A DNA stretch of 64,000 nucleotides from Phoronis australis (taxonomy: Eukaryota > Animalia > Phoronida), in the NCBI GenBank assembly GCA_002633005.1, contig NMRA01000010.1, positions 1,739,232-1,803,231 of the forward strand, read 5' to 3'. The notes beneath the pieces were generated by a model, which searched no databases, was not told the DNA's origin, and saw only the letters and a program-made list of their open reading frames with translations. Both the position numbers and the translations under genes were made by a program. Position 1 is the stretch's first letter, and each line of letters begins with the position of its first letter. This document shows positions 26,892 through 39,447 of the stretch, in pieces.

Positions 26892-26946
26892 ATTTACAGA
26901 AGGCTGTTTCACCCAGAATATGTCTTTTTGTTGAACGAATGTGGAG
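26892..26946 (-). CDS. Reeler-domain protein, coding exon 4
   Basis: Acceptor cattttag, phase 2 in; (Y)STFVQQKDIFWVKQPSVN; donor GTAAGT. Matches the reeler C-terminal TxVxxxxxFW motif. Confidence 0.85.
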
Positions 26947-27459
26947 CTAAAATGAATTACAACAACATCTGCGTTAAATCTCCTGTAACATTTGTGCAAT
27001 ACGTAGGTGATTGCTGTCCAAACAAGCAATAACTAGTACACGTACAAAGTCCTTTAAAATATAAAGTTTATTTATTGGCTCATTAGATTCGAGCAAATGT
27101 CGATAAAGAAAGATCTGTGTAATGTGAAGCCCCTTTGTAACAAGTACACGTATGACTTTTTGGAGTTGTGCTAGTACATTTGAAAGATGAACTGGGTTAT
27201 GATAAATAATTTAAAGCTGTTTACGTCCCCCACACTTGGTTTTGAGCTGAGAATTCGGAGACTGGGCCAATCATTTGTCGAGGACTGTTCTCAACGGCCA
27301 GTCTCGCATTTGCTCAAAGATGTCACGATTCTGTGGAATCGGCGAACAGGGATTTTTATTCTGTATATTAAGTTTCGTGAACGCAAGGGTCTTGTTCAGT
27401 AGGAGTAAAGTCTCGTGCAATCTGCACCAAATCTGTCAATGTCTTGCCTTCTTACTTAC

Positions 27460-27575
27460 TAGAAAATGACGGTACCGCTCTTGTCACTTGGGGCCGTCCA
27501 CTCGAATGTAAGATTCCTAACGTCCAATCTCTTTGAATGGGTGACTGCGTCCATGTCGTTGGTACACTTAAGAAA
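27460..27575 (-). CDS. Reeler-domain protein, coding exon 3
   Basis: Acceptor tatttccag; FLKCTNDMDAVTHSKRLDVRNLTFEWTAPSDKSGTVIF; donor TA|GTAAGT. Reeler VTH and WxAP motifs. Confidence 0.9.
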
Positions 27576-29772
27576 CTGGAAATAAATCTTGATATTACAA
27601 TCGCGGTACGCACATAGACAAGACCTCAAATGCGTTGTTGAAAAGATACAAAAGCCTGTTTTCCTCCACCTGCTATTCACGTGCCCGTACATTTACGGCG
27701 AAAATAATGTATCATCACGTCGGTCACGAAAAGCAATCCGTTAACCGTAAGCCGATTTCAGTGTCTTTTAACACAGATAATTCGATCTTTGCTGTTTTTT
27801 ATTGGAGGAAGCTTGATCACTAAGTAATTACACGTCATTAATAACGTTATGTAGTTTAATATTAGTACATGTACTCGCCACCCATCTTTCCCTCTAGAGG
27901 GTGTGAAGGGCTTTTTCGTCGCAGTGAAACGGTATTGTTGCCATGATGCGTTGACAAGATACTGGCGTTTATCTTATCTGTGAAACGTAATTGAAAGGTC
28001 ACTGTGAATGTGATTGTACTCAGACTGCCGTGATCCGTAAAATTTGTCCAAATGGGAGGACGTGAACGAAAATAGTGATAGGGGAGACCGAGGGGTGGGG
28101 TCTTTTGGAGCCTTAGCGGTTCAAAAGAAGGATAATTGATGGCAAGTACCAAAACCATGTCACGTGACTTAGTCAAGTTTAAAGATGACGAAATGGGACT
28201 CTAAAAGAAAGCTTCAGGAACAAATCGAAAGTTGTGTCTGAACGTTTAGTAAAGCGTTTCCTTGGGCAACAGAAATGTGCCGATATTAATGGATGTCAAT
28301 GATTTTATTTATCTTAGGGGTTCGTGTAACCAATTTTTAACTGAAAGTGTAACTATGCATAATAGGAGTACAATTGTCAACTCCTGAAAAACGAAAAACA
28401 ATGATATTATTCTTCTATTGATTTATGATTTATTAATTTTAATCAAGTATAATTCTTTAAAATGAAACAAAAGCAAGGCGACACCAAAAAGATTTGCAAC
28501 AGATGTCATTTCTAGTTGTAGCACATATGAACGAATGATGACCTTTTTATAATAGGATAAAAATATCTTGAAAAGAATGCAAGCTTTGCTCCAAAAAGTA
28601 ATCCAAACAACTGTGTCTTTCTATGGACAAAACATCTATATAGCAGTGTCACCGACGTTGCCTTGAATGCCTATGATGAATAGGCATATCCTCAGTCATG
28701 GCTGCTCTTTAATTGGAGTTTTTAAAAATTATGCTCTGATGCTGCTGCTAATTATGTTACACCTTTGGTAAAACAAACAAAGTTTTATTTAATTCATTGT
28801 ATTGCATGCTTTGGATGCATGTTACAAGTTGGTTTGCATTAGTTGTTATGGTAACTATTTTTTCAAAATTATGCGATTGGCTTTGACATACTAGCCACGA
28901 GTCTTTATTTTAAGTAATTGATTTATGCAAATCCATTGAATTAGCTGTACATAGCGTTTATTGTAGTAAATGATTATTTCCATACTATTTTGTGTACATG
29001 AGTTGCACTCGCAACCATTTTAGATTTTCAAAATTATTCTACTAGTTACCATATATCTTTGATAAAGCAAACAGTGTACACATTCAGACTTGGAAACTAC
29101 CCTACGTTTTTAGGGATAGTCAATAAAAATGGTTCGAGCACGGTTGCCTTCTTCTACCACCAAAGCCTACAATTGGTGATATTGACCGTCAAAATAGATG
29201 ATTACCAGGTAACTATACCCAGTTCAGCTTAGACACACCCCGAAGTTTCAACAATGAGTTGCTCTTATTACTCTCGGTTAGCTTACTGGTTTCTAACATG
29301 ACCTTGCCCAGAAACCTGAAACTGCCGATTTTGATTGGCAGAATAATTGGTTACCGCAGCAACGGCGCGTGTCTCAACGCTGAAGTCTAGAAGCGAAGAA
29401 CAATTCATCGCGCTCCGTTGAGGTTTTCAAATTGTACACTAAAGTGATCAATGGCAAACCAATTTTGATGTAAAATAGTGATTAGGAGGGCAGAAAATGC
29501 CCTACTGACAAGCAGGATTGTGTGTAAATACCACAGAAACCGAGAGGCGATGTGGAATTTCTGGAAATAGCTCCGCAGTTAGGAAAGAACAAACAACACT
29601 CGAGCTTGATACCATATTCGTCAATTCTGCGTGAGGTTGTCGCCCGCAAAGTGAATATGTGAACACATGGAAACTCGAAGGTGAATGGCGTCTTATTGAG
29701 CGAATGTAAAATGAACAGCGTAAATGTGTCACAAACACTCCACATGAATTTAAAAACATTAAAATACATTAC

Positions 29773-29882
29773 CTTGATGTCAGATCCGGTTGTTGCAAAT
29801 GAGCCAATCCTCGAATCGGTGTTAGTAGCATCTCTTGCTTGGAGAAAGAAACCCATAATTCTCTCCTTTCCACTTAAGGTAA
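29773..29882 (-). CDS. Reeler-domain protein, coding exon 2
   Basis: Acceptor attttcag; (V)TLSGKERIMGFFLQARDATNTDSRIGSFATTGSDIK; donor AAG|GTAATG. Reeler GFxLQAR...GxF motif. Confidence 0.9.
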
Positions 29883-30888
29883 CTGAAAATATCAACTGCT
29901 GCATGAAATGAACATTCACAGAAATGTACTGTTCAGTTTTTTATTTGATGCAAAACCAACAATGTTTTCGAAAACTGCTACGAACATCATTTCCTAATGC
30001 GTCGACCTTTCTCGAGTAGACAGCCGGATGGGTGTACATTCCTCTCCCCGTCCTTCAGGAATATAGTTGAACATTCACGCTCACTCCTGGTTGATTCTAT
30101 GTCTAAGCCGATTTTTTTGGAAAACCTTATAACGCTTCCAGTCTTAGCCTACTCAACTGATTGAATCTTTCGATGATCCTCAAAGCATTTCGAATAATGC
30201 CGTCCAGTGGACAAAATATATCAAACTCTCTTTCCCTGATGACCAAATCCGTTTTGACAATCCTACAACTTGGTGCAGTTTTTGAGGAGATTACAACGTG
30301 TATTACCAAATTACTGTCTGTTCTGAGACATCGAAACTCTAAAATTACATGACGAGCAAAGTGAGCTTGCAAGTAAGTTGGTGACTCAAAATTTAATTAC
30401 CATGTGGAAATTCATTCGAAGGTTATGTCATAATTTAACCGACTTAAAACAGGCACATAGTTCTGTGAAGATCTCAGTCAAAAACAAAAATCTACCAGCT
30501 ACGTAAAGCCCAAAAACCGCAATTTAAAAATCACCAATCCATTCCTCATAGAAACACGTACTAGCGAGTTGGTTACGAACATGTTCGGGCTTAGGATCAT
30601 TGTGATTTTGATCAGCACTTTCAAGTGATTGTGTCACAATTAGTTCTAAGGCCGAAAATGCATTTTGAGGGTTATTGTTGTATAGGTTAAATTTCTTGAA
30701 GTCATTTACTTTTGTCAGAGCTGTAATAGGATTGTTCTTTGTCACATCATTAGAAATCGCACATTCTCAACCTTAACTTTCACTTTAAAGACAAAATTGT
30801 AACCACAATGTGTTTACATATAGATAAAAACTTTTTCGTTGCATATCATCTAAGTCAAGTTTATTTTCTGAAGAGCGTGCAGACTCAC

Positions 30889-31078
30889 CTCTGATTTTAG
30901 ATCCCTGGGTGTATGTGTGTTTTTCGGCGTTTACCTTGTAGGGGGAGGTATTCAAATTTTTAGCTGGTACCTGGTGGCCTGTCGGGAACATGGCGTCACA
31001 TGCTGTAGTAGGCGCGCCTCCGGGATATCCGCTAACTAACGCACAGACGGCCAAGATTGACAGGCAGTGTAAAAACAT
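30889..31078 (-). CDS. Reeler-domain protein (defense protein/FRRS1 N-terminal-like), coding exon 1 with signal peptide; 185 aa in total
   Basis: MFLHCLSILAVCALVSG-YPGGAPTTACDAMFPTGH (reeler YPxGAPxxACxxMxPxH); donor G|GTGAGT. All five exons join in frame (558 nt). An acceptor 12 nt upstream of the ATG implies a non-coding first exon (possible donor near 31312). Confidence 0.9.
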
Positions 31079-31362
31079 TTTACAAGGTGCTGAAAATCAA
31101 GCAAACCTCGTGTAAGTGTGTATGCGTAAACACCTGGAATGGAGGCTGTGTTTATTCATCCAAAAGTTGAAACATAGAAAAAGGATATAGAATCTAATTC
31201 GTGACCCATCCGGTCCACGTTGTAGTGTTCTGGTGCTGAGCTCACGACAGACGAAATGTTGAAGAAACTTTTTCTTTTGTTTTCATTAGTTTAGAGCTTA
31301 GAATAAGTCTCACCAATCGAAAGTCAAAAATATGAGCAGTCAGTTGCAGATTTGTATTATCA

Positions 31363-31636
31363 GGGTCTGCTTCATGAAAGTGACTTTAGACTTGAGACAG
31401 AAATTTGGTCTGATGCTCCACATTTTCATTTCTAAAAAATAGCTGAAAGTGACTCCAGAAAAGAATAAAGTATACGAGAATATACCCACTACTGTCACTT
31501 ACTGAGATAAGTTTTACAAGTTATTTTCAGGCAGTGACGTCCTCTTAATCACATGACTAAAACTTTATTTGACAACTTGGAAGTGGGAGCACAAGATCAA
31601 ATTTTCGTCTTAAGTCTCAAGTCACTTCCTAAAACC
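31363..31636. mobile_element. MITE with about 35-bp imperfect TIRs
   Basis: catgaaagtgactttagacttgagacagaaattt versus aaattttcgtcttaagtctcaagtcacttcct (inverted). Confidence 0.6.
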
Positions 31637-31952
31637 ATAGATTATAGACAACAGATTCGCAACTCCGACATTTTCTTGTGCACTATCCTAGGGGAGGCGT
31701 CACTCTCCTAAATTACCAATTTCAGTTTCCGGTTTGTGTATTTTTACGGGAAATTCTCGCATCTGTTTTGCTGTCCAGTGCAACGAAAAAAATAATAATT
31801 TCGGTATTGAAACGCTGTTCACAGTCTTCTAATAATAGAACTGTTGGTAGGCCTATCGCGAATACTTTTGGCACCCGACTTCACAACAGCCGATCATGAT
31901 TAGCAGACGACGTACTTGTCGGAAGTAAAACTTCCTAATTTTGTTTGCTTCC

Positions 31953-32092
31953 CGTTCAGTAACGCTAGGACCTCGCTAAAAAGCAAGACTTCGCGAGATT
32001 ATATGAGATATTGCAGTGTATTTTAAATGAGAGCTCGTGACTTTGGCTAGATTTTAGCTAGGTCCTGGGGTAGGTCCTAGCGCTACTGAACG
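31953..32092. mobile_element. Short MITE / foldback element
   Basis: cgttcagtaacgctaggacct and aggtcctagcgctactgaacg form a 21-bp inverted repeat with one mismatch. Confidence 0.55.
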
Positions 32093-35000
32093 CACGCCAC
32101 GTGTAGCTAGTGAATAACGACGTCACAGCTTATGCGTAAGATTACAGAGTTCGTCCTTTGAAAATATGATGAAACAGAACCCATGCTTTCAGAGTTCAGT
32201 GTCATTCGATTGCGACAGGAATTTTTCAGGTGTACAACCAAAAATTAATAAATTAACTTGAATTTCTAGGAATAATATTTAATTAACCAAATGTGAGTAT
32301 AATGTATTTCTTTCCTAAATTGCCATTTTCCGATATAGGTACGAAATAAAAACTACAGTGTCGCTAGATGGCGAAATGAGATTAGCCTTGTTGAGTTAAC
32401 GTGTATCTGGAATGTAGATTTTAAAGCTGCGGAATTTCAAAGTTTTTTTTTAATTCATTGGTGTAATATTTTTCATTTTTATTATTACCATGTCGTCAAA
32501 TCTTTGTTGTAATGTGGGATATCCAAATGATTCGCGTAGTCTCACGTCTCTAAATGTCCATGAATTATTAAGAAAATGCGTTCAAATGGCACTAAACGTC
32601 GCTAGATGCCTATGAATTAGTGAATTACGAAATTGCGTTCAAGGGTATGAAACACATATTTTGTCAGAAAATAACGTTAGCTTGAAATGTAGACACCCAT
32701 GTTAGAATGTCTTTGTCTCCACGGCACAGCCATCTACGCTTGTTGGAGCAAGCATACTGTCTCCTATTGTTCTTCTTCACCCTATATTCCCTAAGCTTAA
32801 AAATTACCAATGATTTTCATTTCTGGTTATAAATATTTTTGGAAATTTGTTAATACCCCCAAAAATCCGTTCTAATCTGAACGCGGAGCAAGATAAGGTT
32901 GATTTTATAACGTTAAGTTTCCTAAATTGAAATAATATGTGCGCAAGTCAGGGAATAAATGCGAAATTTTTCGAAGATTTTTCCATAATTACAAGTAAAA
33001 GACACAAATTGACATAGCAAAACGACAAAATAACGCAACTTCACTAACTGTAGCAATCCCCTATTGCTACAGATTGTGTGCACCTTCGAAGCTCAGTGTC
33101 AGAATTTTTTACGCAGACAAAAATTAGTTGTTTGTGGAGTAGCACAACTTGTAATTTTTCATGGACGCTTTGAAGTTCTTTTTGCAACAATTCTACGGGC
33201 TTATTGAAAAACAACCTGTAATTCCATCAAAAACGACGATTTTAGTTAAGCCACCCACAGCTAAGTATCATTATCAAGTGACCCGTATTGGCACGTACAT
33301 CATCGCGGCAATGAAACCCTTCGGGAGTGAGTAAAATGTCAGTGTACTGTTCGGGAGTGCATGTTTAGAAAATCCAGTCATTTACTAGCTCGATGCTTTG
33401 ACACGCACTGGCACGCAATTTGTGTTTGATGCTTAAATTGCATTGCGACAATTTGCGCTTCGAATGCTTGCGCATACTGCTGCACCTTGTGGGTTCCAGC
33501 AGTTTAGGTAACCCCGCAAACCACGCACACAGATTGCTGTGATGAAAATTTACGACAATTTATGCTTCAAAGGTCTATACAAGCACTGGATCTGGTCTTT
33601 TAGCATTTGAAACATCGTACTTATTGAGCATTCAATCCTCAGTTGTATGCAAAACGGCGTCTGTATCCAGAATTAGGCCCATGCGGCAAAATTTTGAAAG
33701 TAGTATAACAATAAGCTCGAGTTATCCGTTACAAAACGCTTGACGTGAACGTCACGTTAACCGTGTGAATAATACGTATTACAATTAGATGTACAATACG
33801 TAAAACAACAAGTTTTTATGTATGCGTATACAAAGGATAGCCGTCTGTGCCATCGATGGAGCTCTCCCACAAGTGCCTGTGTGCGAAACACCACCGCCAG
33901 AAAGATATTGCAATTTGAACGAGGCTGAATGTTGTCTGGAAGGGAGCCTTTGCCGTATCTTTGGAGCTACTCTCGTATAGCAATTAGCGTTGCAATATAG
34001 AAGCTGGCCGAAATTGACACAAATAATGTTAGGACCCTTTTATTAGGTTTGTTTCTGAAATATTTTGGCACACAAATTGCACCTACCTTGACGTTAGCAT
34101 AACAGTCCGTTGAATAATTGGGTAGGTATTACAAAGGACTGCATGAAGGCCTGTGGGCAAATTATCGTTGCTGAGTATTGTACAAATTGAGCGAAAATTG
34201 GTCGTCATGGTAATGCTTGCGGAATGCACGCTAGTGGTTTGGAACAACTGACAAAGATCGAATTACTCAGTGCATATATAACATGAATTAATAACTCGGG
34301 ACAAACATCGAAAGGGAATGGGTCTGTTTGAACCATAAGTCGACAAGTATTTCCCTTTGTTTGAGCAACTTTTGGTTGGTTGCCCAGTACATGTATCTCT
34401 TTATCTAACTTAAGCGCCCTCCATAAAAAGCTCAATGACTGACAGATTCGCCAGTCTTACTCCGACGTCCTTTCTCATGGCCACCACCAATACCTTACAA
34501 CCTATAATTCTTCTCTCCCGTATTTAAATTGTTTTCTTACATACACACATGTATGACCTCAGTGGCAAAAAGTCATATTAATACTTCTGAATTTCCATAG
34601 GAGGAGTTTTGAGAACCTCTTGAAAATTTTGGCAATCCACTTATAAACCAACGTCTTGATAAATGTATTTGTTTTTCCAGGAAAAACATCGTGGTGTATT
34701 TTGAATGAATCGCCTGAAATTTCATACGTAGCCTTGGTGATTGGTCCCAGCTTGCCGTGGCCACACGTAACCTTGGCGACTAGTACTTGCTCGCCGTGGC
34801 AACACGTAACCTTGGCGACTGGTGCAGGTCTGAAGCAGGATGAGATGGCGGAGAAAGTGGCCTGAATCAAGAGCTGTTTCGGATAGATGGCTCGGATTTA
34901 TTGGCCCGATGAAGTTATGTTTTTTAGTTTATCTTCGTGATGCCCTTGATTGCAGGTACAATTTCCCTTTGAATCTTGGGATGTTTTTGTATAGGTAATA

Positions 35001-36779
35001 TTTTCCGAATCCTCAAAGATTGAGAAATTTTAATTCGCTGTGTTGCTAATAAATGCAATATCCTCACATTTGAGGTTTTTTCTGCAGTGTACAATTGTTG
35101 AAGGGTCATGAATTTGGCCCGCTTAATACGGGGAAGTGTCAATCAAGACAATGTGGACAAAACGAGTAACGCTCCTCAGCGTCCATTACTGTGAAAAATG
35201 TGTTTGGGCCGACAACACGAGGTGTCAACCTCACACATCGTCTTTTGATCAGTCAATCGCGTAATGTTTATAATTTATTAATCGTTAAACATGTGGAAAA
35301 ATGAGCGTTACTTTTTAAACCTGTGGCTTAAATCATTCATTCAGCACATAAACTACACAAACTGAAGCCTCTGCAAACGACGCATACATGTAGGTGAACG
35401 AGTTAGCAAAAAGACGTCTTACCTGTTCTGGCGGTAGTAACCACTGTGTCCAGCTAAATGATTAGGTAACACTCAGGTGTTTGCCTCTGACCTCGGCGAA
35501 TTTATCAGTTCGGCATTGCAAGACAAACGAGATCACGCACAATTGCGCGAGATATCGCCATACATTATAAGAGAACCACGTGATGACTTTTCTTTTGCGT
35601 CTGCGGAACGGAGGCTAATTTTGGTATGTGGCGCTGCACATCGACCTGAAAGGATGCTTGTTCTTAGGATGTATCAAACAAACATGTACTGAAAGTGGGG
35701 TGACGATACACCAAAATAAGATTAGCCGGCAATGAAATAGGTACAAAATCGGCTTGTTGTTTACATTTTTAATAGGATTTTGGCAAATTGCAGCAATAAA
35801 ATGAGTAAAAGTCTGTTTATGTGTCTTTGATCTGAACAGACAAATTCTGTGGTGCGCAAACCGGTCGAGTTGCCCTATGGTGTCAACGTAGGATTCTTTT
35901 CATGAGCACTAGCATTCAGGATTTCTCTGACAGATTTTGGACAGTGAAAATGTTACATCAATTAGACTGGTTAATGAGATGCTGATCACGAGTACGGAGT
36001 CTGGATCATAATGTTTCCGGGTGGGGAAGTTATTACTCATGACAGATTTAAACATTTGGAGAAGTTGAACTAATCAACTCACGTCCGGTCGAGTGCATGA
36101 AATGAGCTGTACTCGGCCGTACGTTTCCACTCCTTACGTTCTTGCTCTTAGATTACCAAAGTCAACTGATCTCAGAGCTTTAATGATAAACAAAGACGTG
36201 AGTAATAATATGATAATCGCAGGTTTGAGTTAGTGGTCCACCAAACGCCTTATGCAAAATCGTGTACGAAACTACAGGGAGTTGCTGGGCAATTCCTAGC
36301 AATGGATGCGTTACATTGATCATTTATGAATACACACGTGGGCGTCAGGGATTCGTCACAGCTGCAATGTTTTATTGGGAACATCAGTTAAAATGTATGT
36401 TGCAATTGACGATGCTCAATATTCCATGCCTTGTTAAAAAGTTGTATTTAGTAACCGAGTGACCTCCATTGACTGCTAGTCGTGTTTAAGCCTGGGTGTG
36501 AAATTTCATAAGAATTGCTCCACGAATGAGGAATGTTGATTCATGTTCAGATAACTAACAACACATAGTATACGGGATAAACTTCTTGCAACATATTCCA
36601 CGCCTCACTGAATAAGATATATTTATACACATAGTATACAATCACGTCTTACTTCATGTTTTGGTCTCTTCCTGGATACTTTCAAAATTAGACAATGAGA
36701 AGGTTAAACCCATCTGTATGGAAAACCAGTTTAACATAAAAGCGAAAGGTGTAGTGAGCAAAATTAAGTGTTAAGAGAA

Positions 36780-36852
36780 GCCCGGCTAGCTCAGTCGGTA
36801 GAGCATGAGACTCTTATTCTTAGGGTCGTGGGTTTGAGCCCCACGTTGGGCG
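36780..36852 (+). pseudogene. tRNA-Lys(CTT) copy, full length with 3 substitutions, likely pseudogene
   Basis: Differs from the intact copies in the anticodon loop and stem (ctcttattcttagg) and in the B box (ggtttgag instead of ggttcgag). Confidence 0.75.
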
Positions 36853-37547
36853 TGCAGTTCTTTTACACACGTTGGCGTTTTGTTACAAAACCGAGTGGCG
36901 TACGATAATTGTGGTTAAATTCGATAAGACACTCGAAATCACTTAGAGTGTAGCAGATCCTTCTAGTGATATTGTTATAAATATAACATTGTCTAGCATT
37001 CAGAGTGATGTTTTTGACAGATATTAGAGACATCACAGTGAGAATGTTACACCAATTGCACTCTTCTACAAAATGTTAGCAACGAGTACGGTGGAGTTTG
37101 GATCAGATTGTAAGACTGAAACGAAAAAACAGAGATTTTAGTTAGTGGTCCACTAAACGTCTTATGCAAAATCGTGTAGACAGGACAATCATACTACATA
37201 TACGTTGCCATCAGTGATTCGTCACAGATGCAATGTTTTCTTGAGCACATTAGTTAAGATTGTTGTTGAAAACGACGATGCTCAGCATTCCCTGTGTTGG
37301 TAAAAAGTTGAATTCTTCACTTAACTGAGTCACCTCCATTGACTGCTATTCATGTTCTGAAGAATTACCCCAAGAATGAGGAATGTTGATTAACAAAAAA
37401 GTTAAGAATCATGCCTTTTATCGTGTTTTGGTCTTCTCCGGGATACTGTAAAAATCAGGCAATGAGAAGGTTAAGCCCATCTGTATCGTAAACCAATCTA
37501 ACATAAAAACGGAATAGTACAGTGAGCTAAACTAAGTGTCAGTGTAA

Positions 37548-37619
37548 GTCCGACTAGCTCAGTCGGTAGAGCATGAGACTATTATATCATGGCCATGAGT
37601 TTGAGCCTCGTGTTGAGCA
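37548..37619 (+). pseudogene. tRNA-Lys-derived pseudogene
   Basis: gtccgactagctcagtcggtagagcatgagactattatatcatggccatgagtttgagcctcgtgttgagca: intact D arm, degraded 3' half. Confidence 0.75.
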
Positions 37620-37932
37620 CACATTCCATTCAATTTACACACGTCGGGGTTTTGTTACAAAATGAATGACCCACGACATATACGGGTATAATCGAGGTCA
37701 AATTCGCCGAGACATTCGGAGCCACTCGGAGAGTAGATGTTCTGAGCGCTGTTCTTATAAATAGAGCACTGTCTAGAATTCAGAATTTCTAATTGACCGA
37801 AATTAGACAGTGGGAATGTTACATCAATAGCGGAGTTGCAACGCCGCCATATTGGAAATGGGTCAGAATGTTGCATTGTGGTTAAGCTGGTAAACAAGTA
37901 CGTCGGCAAGCGTGGGGGCGAACCGGCCACAG

Positions 37933-38180
37933 GGAGGTTATACGTGTTGTGTGCTTGGCATGCTATAATACCAGTTAGCGAAATAAAAAATTTAGTTACT
38001 ACCTGTTTCCCAAGGATCAAGAACTGCGTTAAACATGGGTCAGAGACATCGGTAGAGCTGGTAGCAAAGGCCGACTTCGTGAATTCTTTCCGACTTCGTA
38101 GCATAAAGTGTGCAGCGCTCATTTTGAGGGCGGCAAGAAAACGTATCTTAGAAACTGCCCAACAATATCTCCCTTCAAAG
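37933..38180 (+). pseudogene. Degenerate THAP domain
   Basis: GGYTCCVLG/CYNTS*RNKKFSYYLFPKDQELR*TWVRDIGR...FFPTS*HKVCSAHFEGGKK...PTISP; one frameshift and three stops. Confidence 0.8.
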
Positions 38181-39244
38181 AAACAGTAACAAATACTCCA
38201 CGGCGGTTGGTAGTGAAAAAAAAACTTGTTTTCGCTTGACCAGAACCAAGCCAACATGAGCAATTTTGAGGATAATGCCTCTGCACAATCACCTGTTCTG
38301 GGTCGACTCACTTAACGTATGCACACTATATGCATTACGCGCTAAGATAAAGCGTGCAGATTATTATTATTTACTTTCTACAAAATTGTGGTACATTGCT
38401 ATCAAAATTCGTTGTTAAATTACGATCATTTTTCATAAAATTTTGTTGAAGTTCCAGGGCGAAATCTTGCCGACAAATGCGTAGCTGCTGGTCTCGCAAT
38501 CGTCGATAGGGCTTGAATTCTTAAATAAGAATACAGCTTTGACTCAACAAATTACCTGAAATCCTCCTCAAGTTTTCCAAATAGCGTCTCTAAGATTTTT
38601 AAGTTCTTGTGAAGTCTGGATTAACTGCAGATTAAGTCCAAATCTACGCTAGATTGTAGCACGCAACCCGAGAAAAATCTCTGTGGGAACACATGTTGTT
38701 GTCACGTGACGTTTGTTTTGAAGTTTGTATGCGTGTGTGTGAGAGTAAGCGTGCGTGTGCTTGTCAGAGTTCATTTGCCAGAGTAATGTAATGATCTAGG
38801 TGTGCATTGTATCCAAAAAAAAAAAAAATAAAAATAAGTCAAACAGTCAAGCAGAGCGTGTTTTAATATTTACGGCTTAGCACTTGCTGGCCTCATCTGC
38901 TAAAAACGTTCGAGAATTTTTTCGGTAAGACCGACATGTCACTCATTGAGTCGCCGGGTGAGTGGATGCGTGACCGTAGTGTAACAGCTATTTCCCGGAA
39001 GATTTGGGGTGTAAGGGTGCGAAGTGGGTCATTTTGACCTTAAAAACACCAATTATGATTAGTTAAATAATTTCTCTTAAAAATAATGCAGAAGCTTTTT
39101 ACGGTATTGGAAACTTTCGGAAATTAGTGCCAATATTTATTTGCCGATGCTATGTTACCCGATTAATCTTCGATGACAGTCGGTACATTATGCAGCGCGC
39201 GCTTCTTGGTCGCGTGCTAACACTGGTCGAGTTTTTTTTTTTAG

Positions 39245-39447
39245 TCTTCGATTCACGGTTTTCACATGCACAAAGAAGTTTGAGGCCGGAGAAGATCTGT
39301 ACTGGAAAGAAACAATGCAATCCCCCTCTTTGACAAGTACGCTGTGTCTGTTTTCAAAGTCCAGACCCGCGTAGTGGGGCACATCCCTCGCAAGAGCAGC
39401 AAAACTTCTGCGTTCTTTTTGAATCGCGGCGTAAGTTTGAAGTGTAT
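39245..39447 (+). pseudogene. HIRAN-like domain remnant in a probable nested pogo/mariner-type element (right end near 39645)
   Basis: SSIHGFHMHKEV*...FDKYAVSVFKVQTRVVGHIPRKSSKTSAFFLNRG; downstream gggcgct(t/a)a motifs are shared, in inverted orientation, with the TA-flanked MITE at 45398. Confidence 0.55.

Noticed and set aside
37655-38311. 218-aa minus-strand ORF
   Set aside because: Overlaps the plus-strand THAP relic in antisense and runs across the transposon boundary into the tDNA spacer.
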